NCBI RefSeq assembly: GCF_002571385.2
Contig: NW_019217785.1
Location: 620,121-684,120 of the forward strand
Direction: 5' to 3'
Origin: Stylophora pistillata
Taxonomy: Eukaryota
Length of the DNA: 64,000 nucleotides
Shown here in pieces: positions 52,068 through 64,000 of this stretch. A model generated the notes under the pieces. The model was not told the DNA's origin. It made no database searches and saw only the letters and a list, made by a program, of their open reading frames with translations. The number at the start of each line of letters is the position of its first letter. The stretch's first letter is position 1. Position numbers and translations under genes: made by a program.

Positions 52068-55000
52068 AAGCGGGAATGTTGAAGTTGTTTGGAAGAATTT
52101 AATGAACTTCTTAATTCCCGAGTCTCCTCAAGTACCAGGTATCAATAACATAATGGTAGAATCCTTTTATTTTTCATTTAAGTAACTAATCGATACTGTT
52201 TCTGTTATAAACTCTAGACCCTTTGGAGCAGTTCACTCAAAACCCACTTGTGTCTGCTCGTTTGCGAGACTGGTTTTTGGGTAGGTGACAAATTATGTCA
52301 AGAAAGTTCGAGTATGCAGACTTTACTCTGTAGTTTTGCGAGATTTACAGATGAAAAATTTTATGTGATGTTTGTATGACCAATTGTTAACTTGCATCCG
52401 CGTTTCGCCTTTTCAGAAAAGTTCAAGAAAGATTTGAAGGATAAATTTCGATCACAATTTTGGTCCTATTTCCAAGAAGACAAAGAGGTAATCATGTTAA
52501 GGAATTTACCATCACCTCCTTGAATGAAGTTGAAGCTTAAAAGTCCAGGAATGAGGAACGTAGATATTCATTGGTGATCTGTTCTTTATGGGGTCCTGGA
52601 CTCCTTTACAGATTATCCGTATGGCTATTTATATTAGTTTTGTTGTTATGTATTACTATTAATGCCATTAAATTGTAATAAATAAATAAATAAATAAAAA
52701 AATAAAGTATGACTGTACTTCTCCCAATTTCAACTTCTTATCCCAATAACATGCTATTTAACAATTATTCGCCAAAGGCGAGGTGAATATCGTGAATAAT
52801 CCCCAAGACGAAGTCGAGGGGATGATTCGACAATATTCACCAAACCTCAGGCGATTAATTGTTTTAGTATAATTTCAGAGCTGAGCAACAGAGAAATTTC
52901 TAAAATCATAACATTTTAGTAACATTTATTAACATTTTATTTTAACATTTTATATAAGCCGCGTGGAGCGGTTTATATAGCTCATATGAGGAACCGCTCA
53001 ACCAATCAGATTGCTGGAAACTCTTTGTTCAGCTCTGAAATTATACTAAAATTAAATACATATACATTTTGTATACAATCATGCACACGAATCAAAATTC
53101 CACAGCGTGATTGGTTATCACTTACCCGGTTTGAGCACTAATATGACAGTGTGTACATCATGCTTGTAATTTGAAAGTACACTTCATGTGTGTGTGTGAT
53201 GTTTCTATGCATCTTTCTGATGTCCAGTTTCTTTCTCAAATTTTGTCACAGTTTTGATTAATTGGTGACAGGACTGTGAGTTGTTCCATTCCCTCTCTTA
53301 TCATACTCTTGAATTAATACATATAACTCTCACTTCATTGATGTCTGATTTTTTTCAATCATTTGTCTAATTAAAGACAGAATTAAACTCCAGTCAGTCC
53401 TTTTACCTTAATTTATCAACTAGATGTTGGCTTCTTGAGACAACACCAGGTTCTCCCAGCTGATTTACATTGAAATGCACAGCAGTTGTGTCAAGATTGA
53501 GGAATTTTCACGTTTGTGCTTAATTTTATTGATTTCATGAGACTTAGGTGTAATGTGTGAAGCTTGGCAGTTTTGAAGTTGAAAAATTGAAGGGTAAACA
53601 TGGAGCCAAAATGCATAGCCCTAGTATAAGTTGAGACCTACAGTTACAGATGCCATGAGAAAAAGGGATTGGGTCATCTTATGGGAAGTGATAAAAAATT
53701 TTGTTATGGTTATTTTGATACTCACAGGTTGAAGCAAAAGAATTAAACACCTTGCTATGTGCAGTGGGAGATCTCTGTGGAGGAATATCAGCATACAGGC
53801 CATTTGTGGATCTCCTTCAATCTTTGACAGGATCACTTCCATTGGGGTATGTCATCAGGGTACAATGTAAGGCAACTTATGCAATTTAAGGGTAACAGAG
53901 GTCAGGAGATTATTCAGTTTGGTGATCAGTGATTAATCTTTTATACCCTAACATCAGTATGCATATTCGTCTTGCTGTTCTCCATTGATTTCCTATGGTA
54001 TCAATGAGAAGAATTTGTTTACCAATCAAGGGTTTCTTTAACTGGTGATCATTTGCCTTTTTTCTGTGAGCTTAACATTTGATTTATGGGTAATATAATA
54101 GGGAGAGATTAGATGCTAGTCACTTTTACGCCTGGTTCAGATACTGATCTTAGCGGAACCAAATTCCTTGAATTAAATACATGAAAAGATCGGCATCTGA
54201 ATCACTGCCTCCCAGTTAGCTCAAGGGATAGAGTACTGGACTGTTGTGCAGGAGGTCGAGGGTTCAAGCCCTGGCCGGACCAACACTCGAGGTCTTAAAA
54301 CAAGTGAGAAGAATATGCTACCTTTCTATATCAAGAAATGGTTAGATACTCTAGTCTTCTCGGATGGGACGAATAAATGGAGGTCCCGTCTCCTGCAGGG
54401 TTAGGGGTAGGAGAGGTTAATTTCCCATGCACGAGATTTGTGATGGATGTTCTTCCCTGGGGTGGTTGCTGGGTGGGAGTTGGCCCTGAAAAACCCCCAT
54501 GGGGAGTGGTCGATTAACATATGTATGTATGTATGTAATTTGGAACAGCTCTTTTAATTTGGAACGGCTCACCCATTCTTCCCACCTGGCTTGGCTGAGA
54601 ATTTCACCTTTGGAACACCTTTGGAATGGCTTTAATTCAGACACTGTACTTTTCATGTGCTGATCCTAATGGATAAATTGTTATAATGTATTTTGCAAGC
54701 AGTTTGACTGGTTTTTAATGGAACTGTATTTGGAACGGCCAAAAAGAACTGCATCTGAATCAACAGGTGTACTTTTGTTACTTTGGGTCAGTCCAAATTC
54801 GAATTGAGTTTGGCTCATGAAAAGTTTGGTATCTGAACCAGGCCTTAGAGGTCACAGGGTTAGTAGAAATTGGGATGGTAAGTTTAGTTGGTTTTAATTA
54901 TTATTTTCCAGTGATCTCAATCTGCAGTTTGAAAGACTTGTGAGAGCTATTATCTTTTGTGATATACCTGAGCATTTCAGAGGCATTGTACATGCATCTT

Positions 55001-58000
55001 ACACACAAGCATTTCAAGCATACCAAGTCAAAAGTAGAAAAGATAGTAAAATGGACACATCAGGTATGGCACAAACTACATATGAAGCCTTCATATACAA
55101 GCTTGTAATTGAAGTGTTGCTATGTAGGCCAATTTCATGCATGGCATATTGTTATTTTACAAGTGAAAAAATCTATTACAATATCATTGGACTATATGGG
55201 GAATTCATCCATCAGAATTTAAAGTTCCAAGCATAAGTTAAGGTTATACTTAAATCTGACAGTTCTATAAAATGGTATAATGGCAGTGTTTGCACACGAG
55301 ATTGATTGACATGAATATCTTCCTTAGTGGGAAGTAAATGATTTATTGATGAATACAGAGGAAGCCAATTGTACTCTTGCAGTTACTTTAATATAATATA
55401 ACTAATAAAGTTCTAAAAAATCTGAAAGTATACATATAAGGATGCCTTTGTTCAGTTTAAGGATGATGACCTTATTCAGTTTAAAGGGGAACTGAAGCCT
55501 AAATTTCAATAATTAATTTTTTAAATTGGAGCTTATAGCTCAATTATCACTGTTTGAATGGTTTTTTAGTCTTTTGGCCCAACTTGGCCTTAAAAAAATA
55601 TTTTTATACTATATTTTGAGCTCATAGTATGGTAGCTCAGAACAGCAATGTCAGTGGTTATTTTAGCTCGCTATTATGTCACTGGTGGGAAAGAAAGATA
55701 ATAATCCCATATTCTTCCTTCAGAACTTCTGTGTGGTCGTGAAGTTATTGAAGTTCTGTGGCTTGTGATGGTTATCAAATTCAAAAATGAAATATAATAG
55801 GAGGCCTTCTCAAGTCAGTTCCCCACCCTGACGTCATATTCGACCGCTGCTAACTGTTTCTGAGTGTACAGTCTTACAGCTGCAAGAGCAGGGAAAAGGC
55901 AAATTCAAATCAGATTTTCTTGTAAAAGAACAAGACGTGAACAAAATTAACCACCAAGACTTTATCTTAAATTCCTCTAAAGCCCACTAGAAATGAATGC
56001 ATATAAAATACCAATTTGAGGCTTCAGTTCCCCAACAGGTGTATTGCTACACCTTCTCGATTTGGTTAATGTTGTACCAGTCCTTCAAGTGTTTTTCAGT
56101 TCAGATAGGATGCTCTTGTTCAGTTTAAAGATGCTCTTTTTCAGATTAAACATGCTTTTGTTCAGTCTAAGGATGTTCTTCAGTTTAAGGATGCTCTTGT
56201 TCAGTTTAAGTGAATAGGAGTATTGTTCCAACCTCTAGATGAGAGGTTATTCCATTGCAGTTTGCTCACCTGCATTTCATCAGGTCTCCATGACTATTTG
56301 CTTACATGGAGCTCATCCTTTTCCTAAGAACACCAGATCAGACCAGGATCTGCCTGAGCATGAACCTGATTTGGATTACAACATGTTAACCACAAGTCTA
56401 CAATGTCTATTATAAAGTGGTGGTGACTGAAGAATAATGTGATTCATTTAAAGGGTTAAATGTCAGGAAGGACTGTGCAACTAAATTTTTTGTGTCGTTT
56501 TTAACTGACAGGTGCATCGTCACCAGGTGCTGATGGTGAAGATGAAGATGATGATGTGGAATCACTGACTTGCTCGGGTTGTTCTAAAGACAAGGACTGT
56601 TGTCACTGTGAAGGCATGATTGAAGGATTTTCACAACTCAACAGGCAGCTTAATGTACTTGGACTAATGAATAAAGTTGCTGAACCAGCTTTCCTATCAG
56701 TCATTCACAGGGAGGTAAAATGTTTTTTAAAAGTAATACAATGTATACAATTTTATTTGTACACACTCACCATATTTTGAAATTCATGAAACTAAGTGCA
56801 GAAATTTTTTTTTTTTTGAGAAATTTTAATACATCGTTTATGTGAATGGTGACAAATCTGATCGAACCAATATGCATGCTGACACATCACCAACGCACAC
56901 TTGGTTCTTGATCAAAGCATTTGCTGACATTACCTAACAACTTGCAGATGTATTGGTCAGCTCTACCCCTACATCTATCTTCTCAACAACTGTCATGTAA
57001 GAACTAAATAAGTGAACTTGGCCCAAGAGTCACTCAAGTCTGACAAGCAATGTATCAGTAACATGCAATAGAGGCACTGGCCAACAGTTAGCTAATTAAT
57101 GTGTTGCAAAACATACACATTGGAATTTGTTTGGATATATACTCATCATTCATTTTAAAGTCAGTCGGGAAGGGAAATATGAAAATAGATTTTTTGGTAA
57201 AAAAGTGCCATTTTTTGTATTCATAACATCTTGAGGTGTTTTTTAATAAGCCACTGCTTCCCAGATATAATTACTGAGTATTATTCTTTGAAACAAAAAC
57301 AGGTACGACAAAGAGTACATTAACTGCTCAATGCACATTTTCCTGTAAAATTTGAATCCTGGGTGAATAGTTTTTATTTTCACCTATTAGGCTGATTCTC
57401 ATTTTCCTTTGTCTCTCAACCAGTATTGTTTATGATCAGCATTGGGAGACAAGGGAAGTTGTGAAACAATGTAATTTGCAGATTTGTTTTTGCTTGAGAT
57501 AAATTGAATTGCAGGATTTATTATCTACCCCTGCATTATTATGGATCATCTTAAGTTATTTACTCTGAGGATCACTTTTCTACCAGGCATTCCTTGGAAT
57601 GTTAATTCTGAGAACTTTGTGTCACCTGTCAGCTTGACAGTGTAATGTCTCATTTTAAAGGGTGGAATTACTTATTTGTCCCTCCTGGACAAGAAAGGGT
57701 TGACTAAGCATTACATGTCTTCAAGCCTCTTAATATGATCAAATGCAAAAACAAAAATAACCTGTCACATTATGTTGTTAACAGGTACTTGTAATCATTT
57801 TGAAATTCCAGAGATATTCATTTCTTTCATTCAGATTCAAAGAAAAATTGAAGAAAAGTGTAAAGGCGAATTTGAGTCATCCTTTTTGTCTTCCTTGTTA
57901 CACTGGGTTGATACAGAACTGTGGGGCTGGCTCTCGTTAATTTTTCAAACTCAAGGTATGTGTGTCCAGAGACCTCTGACTGCCAACTCACATATACTTA

Positions 58001-61000
58001 GCACTCCAAGTTACAACCAATTGTCTTTTTCTTGGGTAATTGGTGTGTTTAAAATTAACTGGTGATTACAAAGAAGAAAACTCAACTTATTCTTTAAAAA
58101 TTAGAAATACTTAGTATATTTTCATTAAGTACCAGTAGTTTCCTTTCCAAGAGGTTAAAGGCAAAGCAGATCTGAAACAGCAGTGGACAGAACTAATTTA
58201 TAAACCAGTGCAACAAGGTCTAGTTTACTTTTTTCTTATAATTCTTCTATACTTGTTGAATGTAGTGATGTGTATTTCTTAAGTTTATTTTAACACAACA
58301 CAACACAAATTTTGCTGTAGCTGTATATGGCAGCAGTTATTAGCAACTGTTCTTGACCAGCCATACCAATGACCGAATTAATGGCTCCTTCCATTCAACC
58401 AATTGCCAAAAGCCATCGTTGAAATGAGTGTTTGAAGGGTAATCATGGAAATGAATCAATGACAAGTACCCTGTAGACTATTTAAAACTGAATTTAATTT
58501 GAAAATTTTGCAGCAAGTGCTTATCCTAAGAGAAGCAAAGAAGAGTTATTCAAGGATGCAGTAATGCATACAGACACATCACTTGATATGTGGAAACCCA
58601 AACTGAAGTACTTTATGTACAAGTCATTTGCTGACCTAAGGTAAGTATAACTTGCGGTTCAAGGCACATTTCTAGCTAATTATCCCAAATTATAAATCAT
58701 GGAGCACTTTACATCCAGTGGTTGTTAGAAAAAAGTACAGATGTACAGTCATTTAGCAGCTTCACCTAAATTTTATGGTCATATAGAAACTTTAAAACCA
58801 TTTTTGAGGAGATATTGGTTTTCTATGAATAATCAAAAGTACTGGTCTTAACAAAAAAGTGCTTGAAGCAAAAGAAATTGTGTCTTGTTTTCCTTTCAGA
58901 ATCAGTGAATTGTTCACCATAATAGTGGAATATCCTGACTCTCTCCCTGCAATTAAAGATCTAAAGGTACATTTAGTCCAGATTGTACTAACTAAAGGCG
59001 AGTCACACATTGTGCCTATCCAAGAGACAGGATTGTGTCAGAAGGCTATTTTGTTGTTGCCTGTGTCCAATTAGCCATTTAGAAAACTTTGCATTGGAGT
59101 GCATTATAGGGTGAATGGATGGGTGAAAAACTTCTCCTGTTACATCAACTCACTAATCAATATTTGAAGGTACTCTGGATTTAGTACACTGGTATGTAGA
59201 AAGTAGCTATTATAGCGCCCGCTTTTGTATTACATCATACTGCAAATATTTTATTCATCTACTTGTATGCTATATAATTACTCAAGTTCAGTTACTCATT
59301 GATTGAAGATGGCGTAAGCATGCCGAAACATGTCTCTCAAAAAAGTTGTCTATTTTTTACAATAGCTATAAAGATATCGTAAACCAATCATAGCTCTTTC
59401 CATTTTATTTCAGTCATGTTTAGAAGTTACTGACCAAAGAAAAGAGCTCATAGCATCCCTCAGATCTGCGTAAGTAACCCACATCTAATCACCAAGTATA
59501 ACTTTGCTTCATATCATACAACACCTTTTACTGAGTGTGCAAGCAAAGGTTATTGATTGTAAGCTTCAAATGCAGGTTTCACTGTTCTAATGATACTGCA
59601 GGTTTGAGAGACGTTTACTTCATCCTGGTGCCAACACATCAGACATTCTAACTCAGTATGTGTCAGCCATCAGAGCTCTCCATGTGCTTGATCCATCTGG
59701 AGTGATTCTAGAACAGGTCTGTTTACCTGTCAGGCAATATCTCAGGTACAAGGCTACAAAAACAATAAAAGCATTTTTGCAATCTAATTTACTGATAACA
59801 TATGTTACAAAAGAAAATAGTAAAGTTGTGTTTCTAGTAGACGTGTATGCAATGGACAGAGTGTGTGAATACTGTTGAAGGAAGTACTGTCACCATGAAA
59901 TCAGTTTCTTAATCTCTGATCATGTCTGCACCAGTTCCTTCTGTCTTCTCTTGCACATCAGTTATAATTTTCTGTTTTCAAATGTTTTTGGTACATAATT
60001 AAAAAGGCAATTGGAAACATTCTGCAATCCCATACTTCTCATCCTGGTTACTGAGATCTCAGTAGAACATTAGAAATTTTTCCCCAAGACCAGATGAAAA
60101 CATTTACAAATGATTCAGTAATTAGGCGAGATCTCAAAGGCCCTTGGGCAACTTAAGTTGTTATTGCAAAGATCAAATTCAGAAACAAGCTCATCATTTT
60201 TAAATGATATATCAAACAATTTCCGAGATGGAGAGGAGCACATGTAAACAACAGACAAAATGACTCATGAAAAAGCTATAATAATAATTATAATCAAAGG
60301 CCTCATGAGCCTTCTTTATCGTTGTCAGAACTCGTGAGGATACTGTACGCTGTATTGTGACAAGTTTGACAGATGACAGTAGCACAGAACTTGCAGAGGT
60401 GAGTCAAATATAATTTTAATGTAGTACCTTATTAAACAAGCTACCCAGATAAAGTCTTAGACCTTTGTTTTATAGAATTGTATTTTTGGTGGTTCAATTG
60501 TGCTCTTGTTATCTCATAGCAGATGAAAGAGTTCTTATCATATATGTATATATATATATATATATCTTATTAACCAAGTGCGAGGGCTGTACTGGGAGAA
60601 TATCGGCCTGAGTTCTTGACAATATGGACCAAGTGCAGCAAGGTGCGTACAAAAAAGACCGAGGGCCGATATTCTTCTAGTACGGTCCCGAGCAAGCTTG
60701 GTTGATAAGAGATTTATTATACACTGAAGTTCAAAGGGACACAAGTGCGGTATCATTCGGGACAGTGCCTAGTCCAATACTGAGAGAATATTGACCGGCA
60801 ATAGAGCCTTTTGATTGCTTTATTTTAGTTATTGGCCCTCTGACTGCCCGAGTCGTGTAATAAAGTAGGTTAATGTTGCCCTCAACAGGTAACTTGTTTC
60901 TTTTGTCTACTCAGGAACTAATGCGAGGAGATCCACGCACCGTTGATGATTTCGGTGCTTCTGATAGTGAGGATGATGATGTTAAGTGGATGCCAGCCCC

Positions 61001-63184
61001 AAGTGATGCTGATCCAGGTAGTTTACAATTAAATTTTATCAATGAGTTCTATATTTTCTGTAAGCCATGACTCAAAACCTTTTTGTAAATCAAACATATG
61101 TAATTGCCTGAAACATGACCAAAATGAAAATCCTCTAAAAGTGAAACTCTTAGAAACTTCCATTTATTTTAGCACCTGTTAAAGAAGTGCATGTCACTTT
61201 GCCCACTGATGAATTTAAAATGTTTCTGAGTCTGTGCTAAAACGACGCAACCTTAAGTTTAGGTAATAAATTTCCCCTTTATTTGCCTTTTCTCAGATAA
61301 AATATTAAGTAGCAGAAAAGCACCAGACATTATCAGGTGAGTCAAATTCAAGTTCTTTTTTTTATTGATATTACTCTAAAATCAGTCCATTATTTCTCTT
61401 ACTACACTGCTTCATAATCATGGATGTGTTTTCATTTCACTAGTTATTTAGATTTCCATAATTGTCATAAACAGGGTTGTTTTGGCTTTTATACCAGAAA
61501 TTAGGCAAACCTTCTTCATTTCAAATTCCATTTCATCTTGATTTTTGTTGATATCCAATTTTTCAACTGGTTTGAAAAAGTTAAAACTAAATTTTTTCCA
61601 AGCTCTGGTGCAGTTCCCATTATCTCATACAGCTCTCACAGTATCTGCTTACTCTTTACAGGTAATAATGATCTCCAGAAAAAACATTTTAAATTCTCTG
61701 ACAAAGTATTTCTCAAAGCTTGCTGAGAAAATAATTTTTGATCAGGGTAACCATCTCATACCAAGGGTAGTAGTTGTCTTAGAAGTGAAGTATTACAAAG
61801 GGTAAAAATTGACTCTTCTTTTACCTTGTTCTAATGTCTGCTGTTACAGCATGCTTGTCAACATTTATGGCAGTAAAGACCTGTTTGTGTCTGAGTATCG
61901 CACACTCTTGGCTGATCGTATTCTCTCAACTTTTAATTATGACACAGAAAAAGAGGTTAGTAGAGGCATGCTTACTGAGCTTGACCAAGAAAGGGTCTGT
62001 AGAGTCTAAGAGGCCAGTAATCTGAAACTTTGTAAGAATCTACATATTAAGGTTATAATTCAAAAGAAATCTTTAAGACCTGGTTTTCAAACAAGCAAAA
62101 ATATACATAACCATCATAGAAAATGGAGTCTTTTGTCACAAAGTGTTTTTTTTTTTTTTACAGTTTTTCTCTTTTATTGTTTCTACTTTATTTTAAATTT
62201 ATTTGATTAATTTTTTTTTTGTTACAGCTTCGTTATTTGGAGCTATTAAAGCTCCGCTTTGGTGAATCACACTTGCACTTCTGTGAGATTATGTTGAAAG
62301 ATGTGGCAGACTCAAGAAGAATTAATTCTCATATTCAGGCATCAGCCGAAAATATTGATAATAAAAAGGTATTTTGGGAATAACCTACTTATAACTCGTA
62401 ACCCCCAAGATCTCATTTTAAATTCTCCCCCCCCCCTCTTCAGTTCCTCAGATTTCTTTGTAAATTAGTTCAGAGAATTTGGTGTAAGATAAAGATAACA
62501 ACATCTTGATAATTTTGGTATCTTTATTACTTGTCTGCGTGTATGGATGTTAATCATTAATGGGGAGAATTGACAAGTTCATCACTTCAAGGGTTTAAGG
62601 GTTAGAAGATAAATCCATGTTGCTGAGGGCTTTTTAGTAATAGATGACAGATTATGTCAAAATGTGGTAAGGTAAAAGACATGGCCTCTGAGGCTAAGCT
62701 GAGTGTGTCACTGATGCTATTACCTCTTTGTGATAACTTCTGTGGTTTTAATGCACAGACCTACTGACACTGTAAATAAGAACTAATCAACATGGGTAGA
62801 TAATTCAGCTTGTTACATATTAATGAGATTTGTTTGGTCCAAGTTCTGAGCTGACACACAGGAGTGATTATTATGTCATATTTCATCTAACAATTTTAAT
62901 ATTTTAGACTCGCAACTACCTGGGAAATAATATTGAAAATCTTTCAGTTATCAAATTGGGGATGTTTCTGTGATATTAAGCCAAATTATCTGCACTAGCC
63001 AATAGACAGAGATTCACTCATAAGTTGCGTGAATTTGTACTCAGGTCAAGGGAGTGACAGGGTTAATAGGTGTTTGGTCAATGTTTTAGGCAAATACCAT
63101 TCCCTTAACATCCATGGTTTTATCTGCTGTATTTTGGCCTGCATTTCGGGAAGAGAAACTCAAAGTTCCTGAGGAAGTGCAAAG
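52060..63184 (+). CDS. ANAPC2: Anaphase-promoting complex subunit 2 (cullin-like), 5' 17 coding exons; continues beyond the window
   Basis: Exons 52060-52138, 52218-52280, 52417-52487, 53728-53846, 54912-55063, 56512-56714, 57835-57955, 58514-58640, 58900-58966, 59414-59469, 59602-59745, 60329-60398, 60915-61017, 61297-61336, 61850-61955, 62228-62368 and 63090-63184, all GT-AG and in phase. Diagnostic peptides: LRISELFTIIVEYPDSLPAIKDLK, RLLHPGANTSDILTQYVSAIRALHVLDPSGVIL, RTREDTVRCIV, WMPAPSDADP, DIISMLVNIYGSKDLFVSEYRTLLADR, ELLKLRFGESHLHFCEIMLKDVADSRRIN, LSAVFWP. Confidence 0.97.
53933..54863. mobile_element. Three-level nested insertion: SINE inside a TIR element inside an older repeat
   Basis: The outer repeat (CCCTAACATCAGTATGCATATTC...GATGCTAGTCACT / GGTCACAGGGTTA) is split by an element with GCCTGGTTCAGATAC / GTATCTGAACCAGGC ends flanked by TTA (about 54129-54844), which is itself split by the SINE 54208-54516. 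Confidence 0.65.
55485..56033. mobile_element. Non-autonomous TIR element, possibly Kolobok-like
   Basis: TTAA-AGGGGAACTGAAGCCTAAATT ... AATTTGAGGCTTCAGTTCCCC; the right-hand TTAA is not intact. Confidence 0.55.
59303..59337 (+). ncRNA. Degenerate minimal hammerhead ribozyme motif in an ANAPC2 intron (PLE-type)
   Basis: TTGAAGA-T-GGC(GTAAGCAT)GCC-GAAAC-ATGTC: first core base is T instead of C, stem II GGC/GCC, weak stem I. Confidence 0.45.
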
Positions 63185-64000
63185 GTATTCTTAAAAAAAT
63201 TATCTCAGAGTCCTCAATTTGTAGATATTAGTGTTGATTATTAATAACTAATTAAGTTATTACGTTCCTTTATCATTTAAGTACACAACTTGTGCATTGT
63301 TGATTATGTAAACTGTCATAAATCTGTTAGATAAGGCAATATTGTGCACCCTATACAAAGGATCATCTGTGTTACATTCATCATTCCAAGATATCTGCAA
63401 TTGTCTTAAAGACGAAGGCACGCTATATAAGGAAGTCTTCCCTGGGAAGACCTAGGCTCATTTGTCACTCACCGTTGACGTGTGCGGGTCAAATTTAAAT
63501 GCTGGTAGACAAACAAAAGGAGGTAATGAGATATCTATTGTTTACTTCCACAAGCATGGTGGCATGAGGTAACGTGCGAACCACCTACTTCGATCTCAAA
63601 TTTACCGCCACAAATAAAGACAGTTTCCATTGGAGAAAGGCAATACAAATCTCAAAAATTCTTGTATTGTGATGAAGACATAAAACAATTTTGAGGAATG
63701 CGCCCGCTGTTCACTGCTTTGGAGAAGCTGTAGCTCAAGCTGACTTGACTATAAGAGTTCTACATCACACGACGATTGATTGACAAATGGTCCAGTGGAA
63801 CCTAAGGCTCCTTTATAGCGCGCCTTCATGTTTAAGTGTCCTTAGTAGTGCATCAGGAAGATGGTCAATAGATTATGAGAGGCTTCAAATTCACTGATTG
63901 CAAGTTTGACGAGGGTAATTAGAGGAAACAGAAACAATCAAAGTTCCTTGTTGCTCAGTGGCAGAACATCCTACTTGTAAAATATGAAATGAACAGTGAA

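Noticed and set aside
1-64000. Prokaryotic-type systems (operons, defence islands, CRISPR-Cas, retrons)
   Set aside because: All coding sequence is spliceosomal, and the RT, integrase and GIY-YIG pieces are eukaryotic retroelement remnants.

Overview
Eukaryotic, AT-rich, intron-dense animal DNA; the repeat families and gene content suggest a cnidarian, probably a stony coral (inference, not a database result). The ORF track is nearly uninformative because the genes are split into very small exons. Manual splicing recovers four genes. (1) A complete fibrillar collagen of about 65 exons on the minus strand (35927->1061, about 1,410 aa): signal peptide, TSPN-like domain, about 910-residue Gly-X-Y helix and COLFI C-propeptide. 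It has C-clade (COL24A1/COL27A1-like) hallmarks, a 57-nt imperfection exon, five consecutive 18-nt microexons, GC-AG introns and Ser in place of propeptide Cys2. (2) A SYCE2-like synaptonemal complex gene (minus). (3) A single-exon 58-aa SMIM30 microprotein, head-to-head with SYCE2. (4) The 5' part of ANAPC2 (plus), which runs off the right edge. Introns hold Penelope-like remnants with minimal hammerhead motifs and fold-back structure, a terminally redundant tRNA-containing element that inserts with the same geometry, L2/CR1-type LINE fragments, SINEs, MITEs and a Gypsy integrase fragment at a probable assembly join. Family assignments come from remembered protein motifs, not searches, and coordinates were counted by hand.
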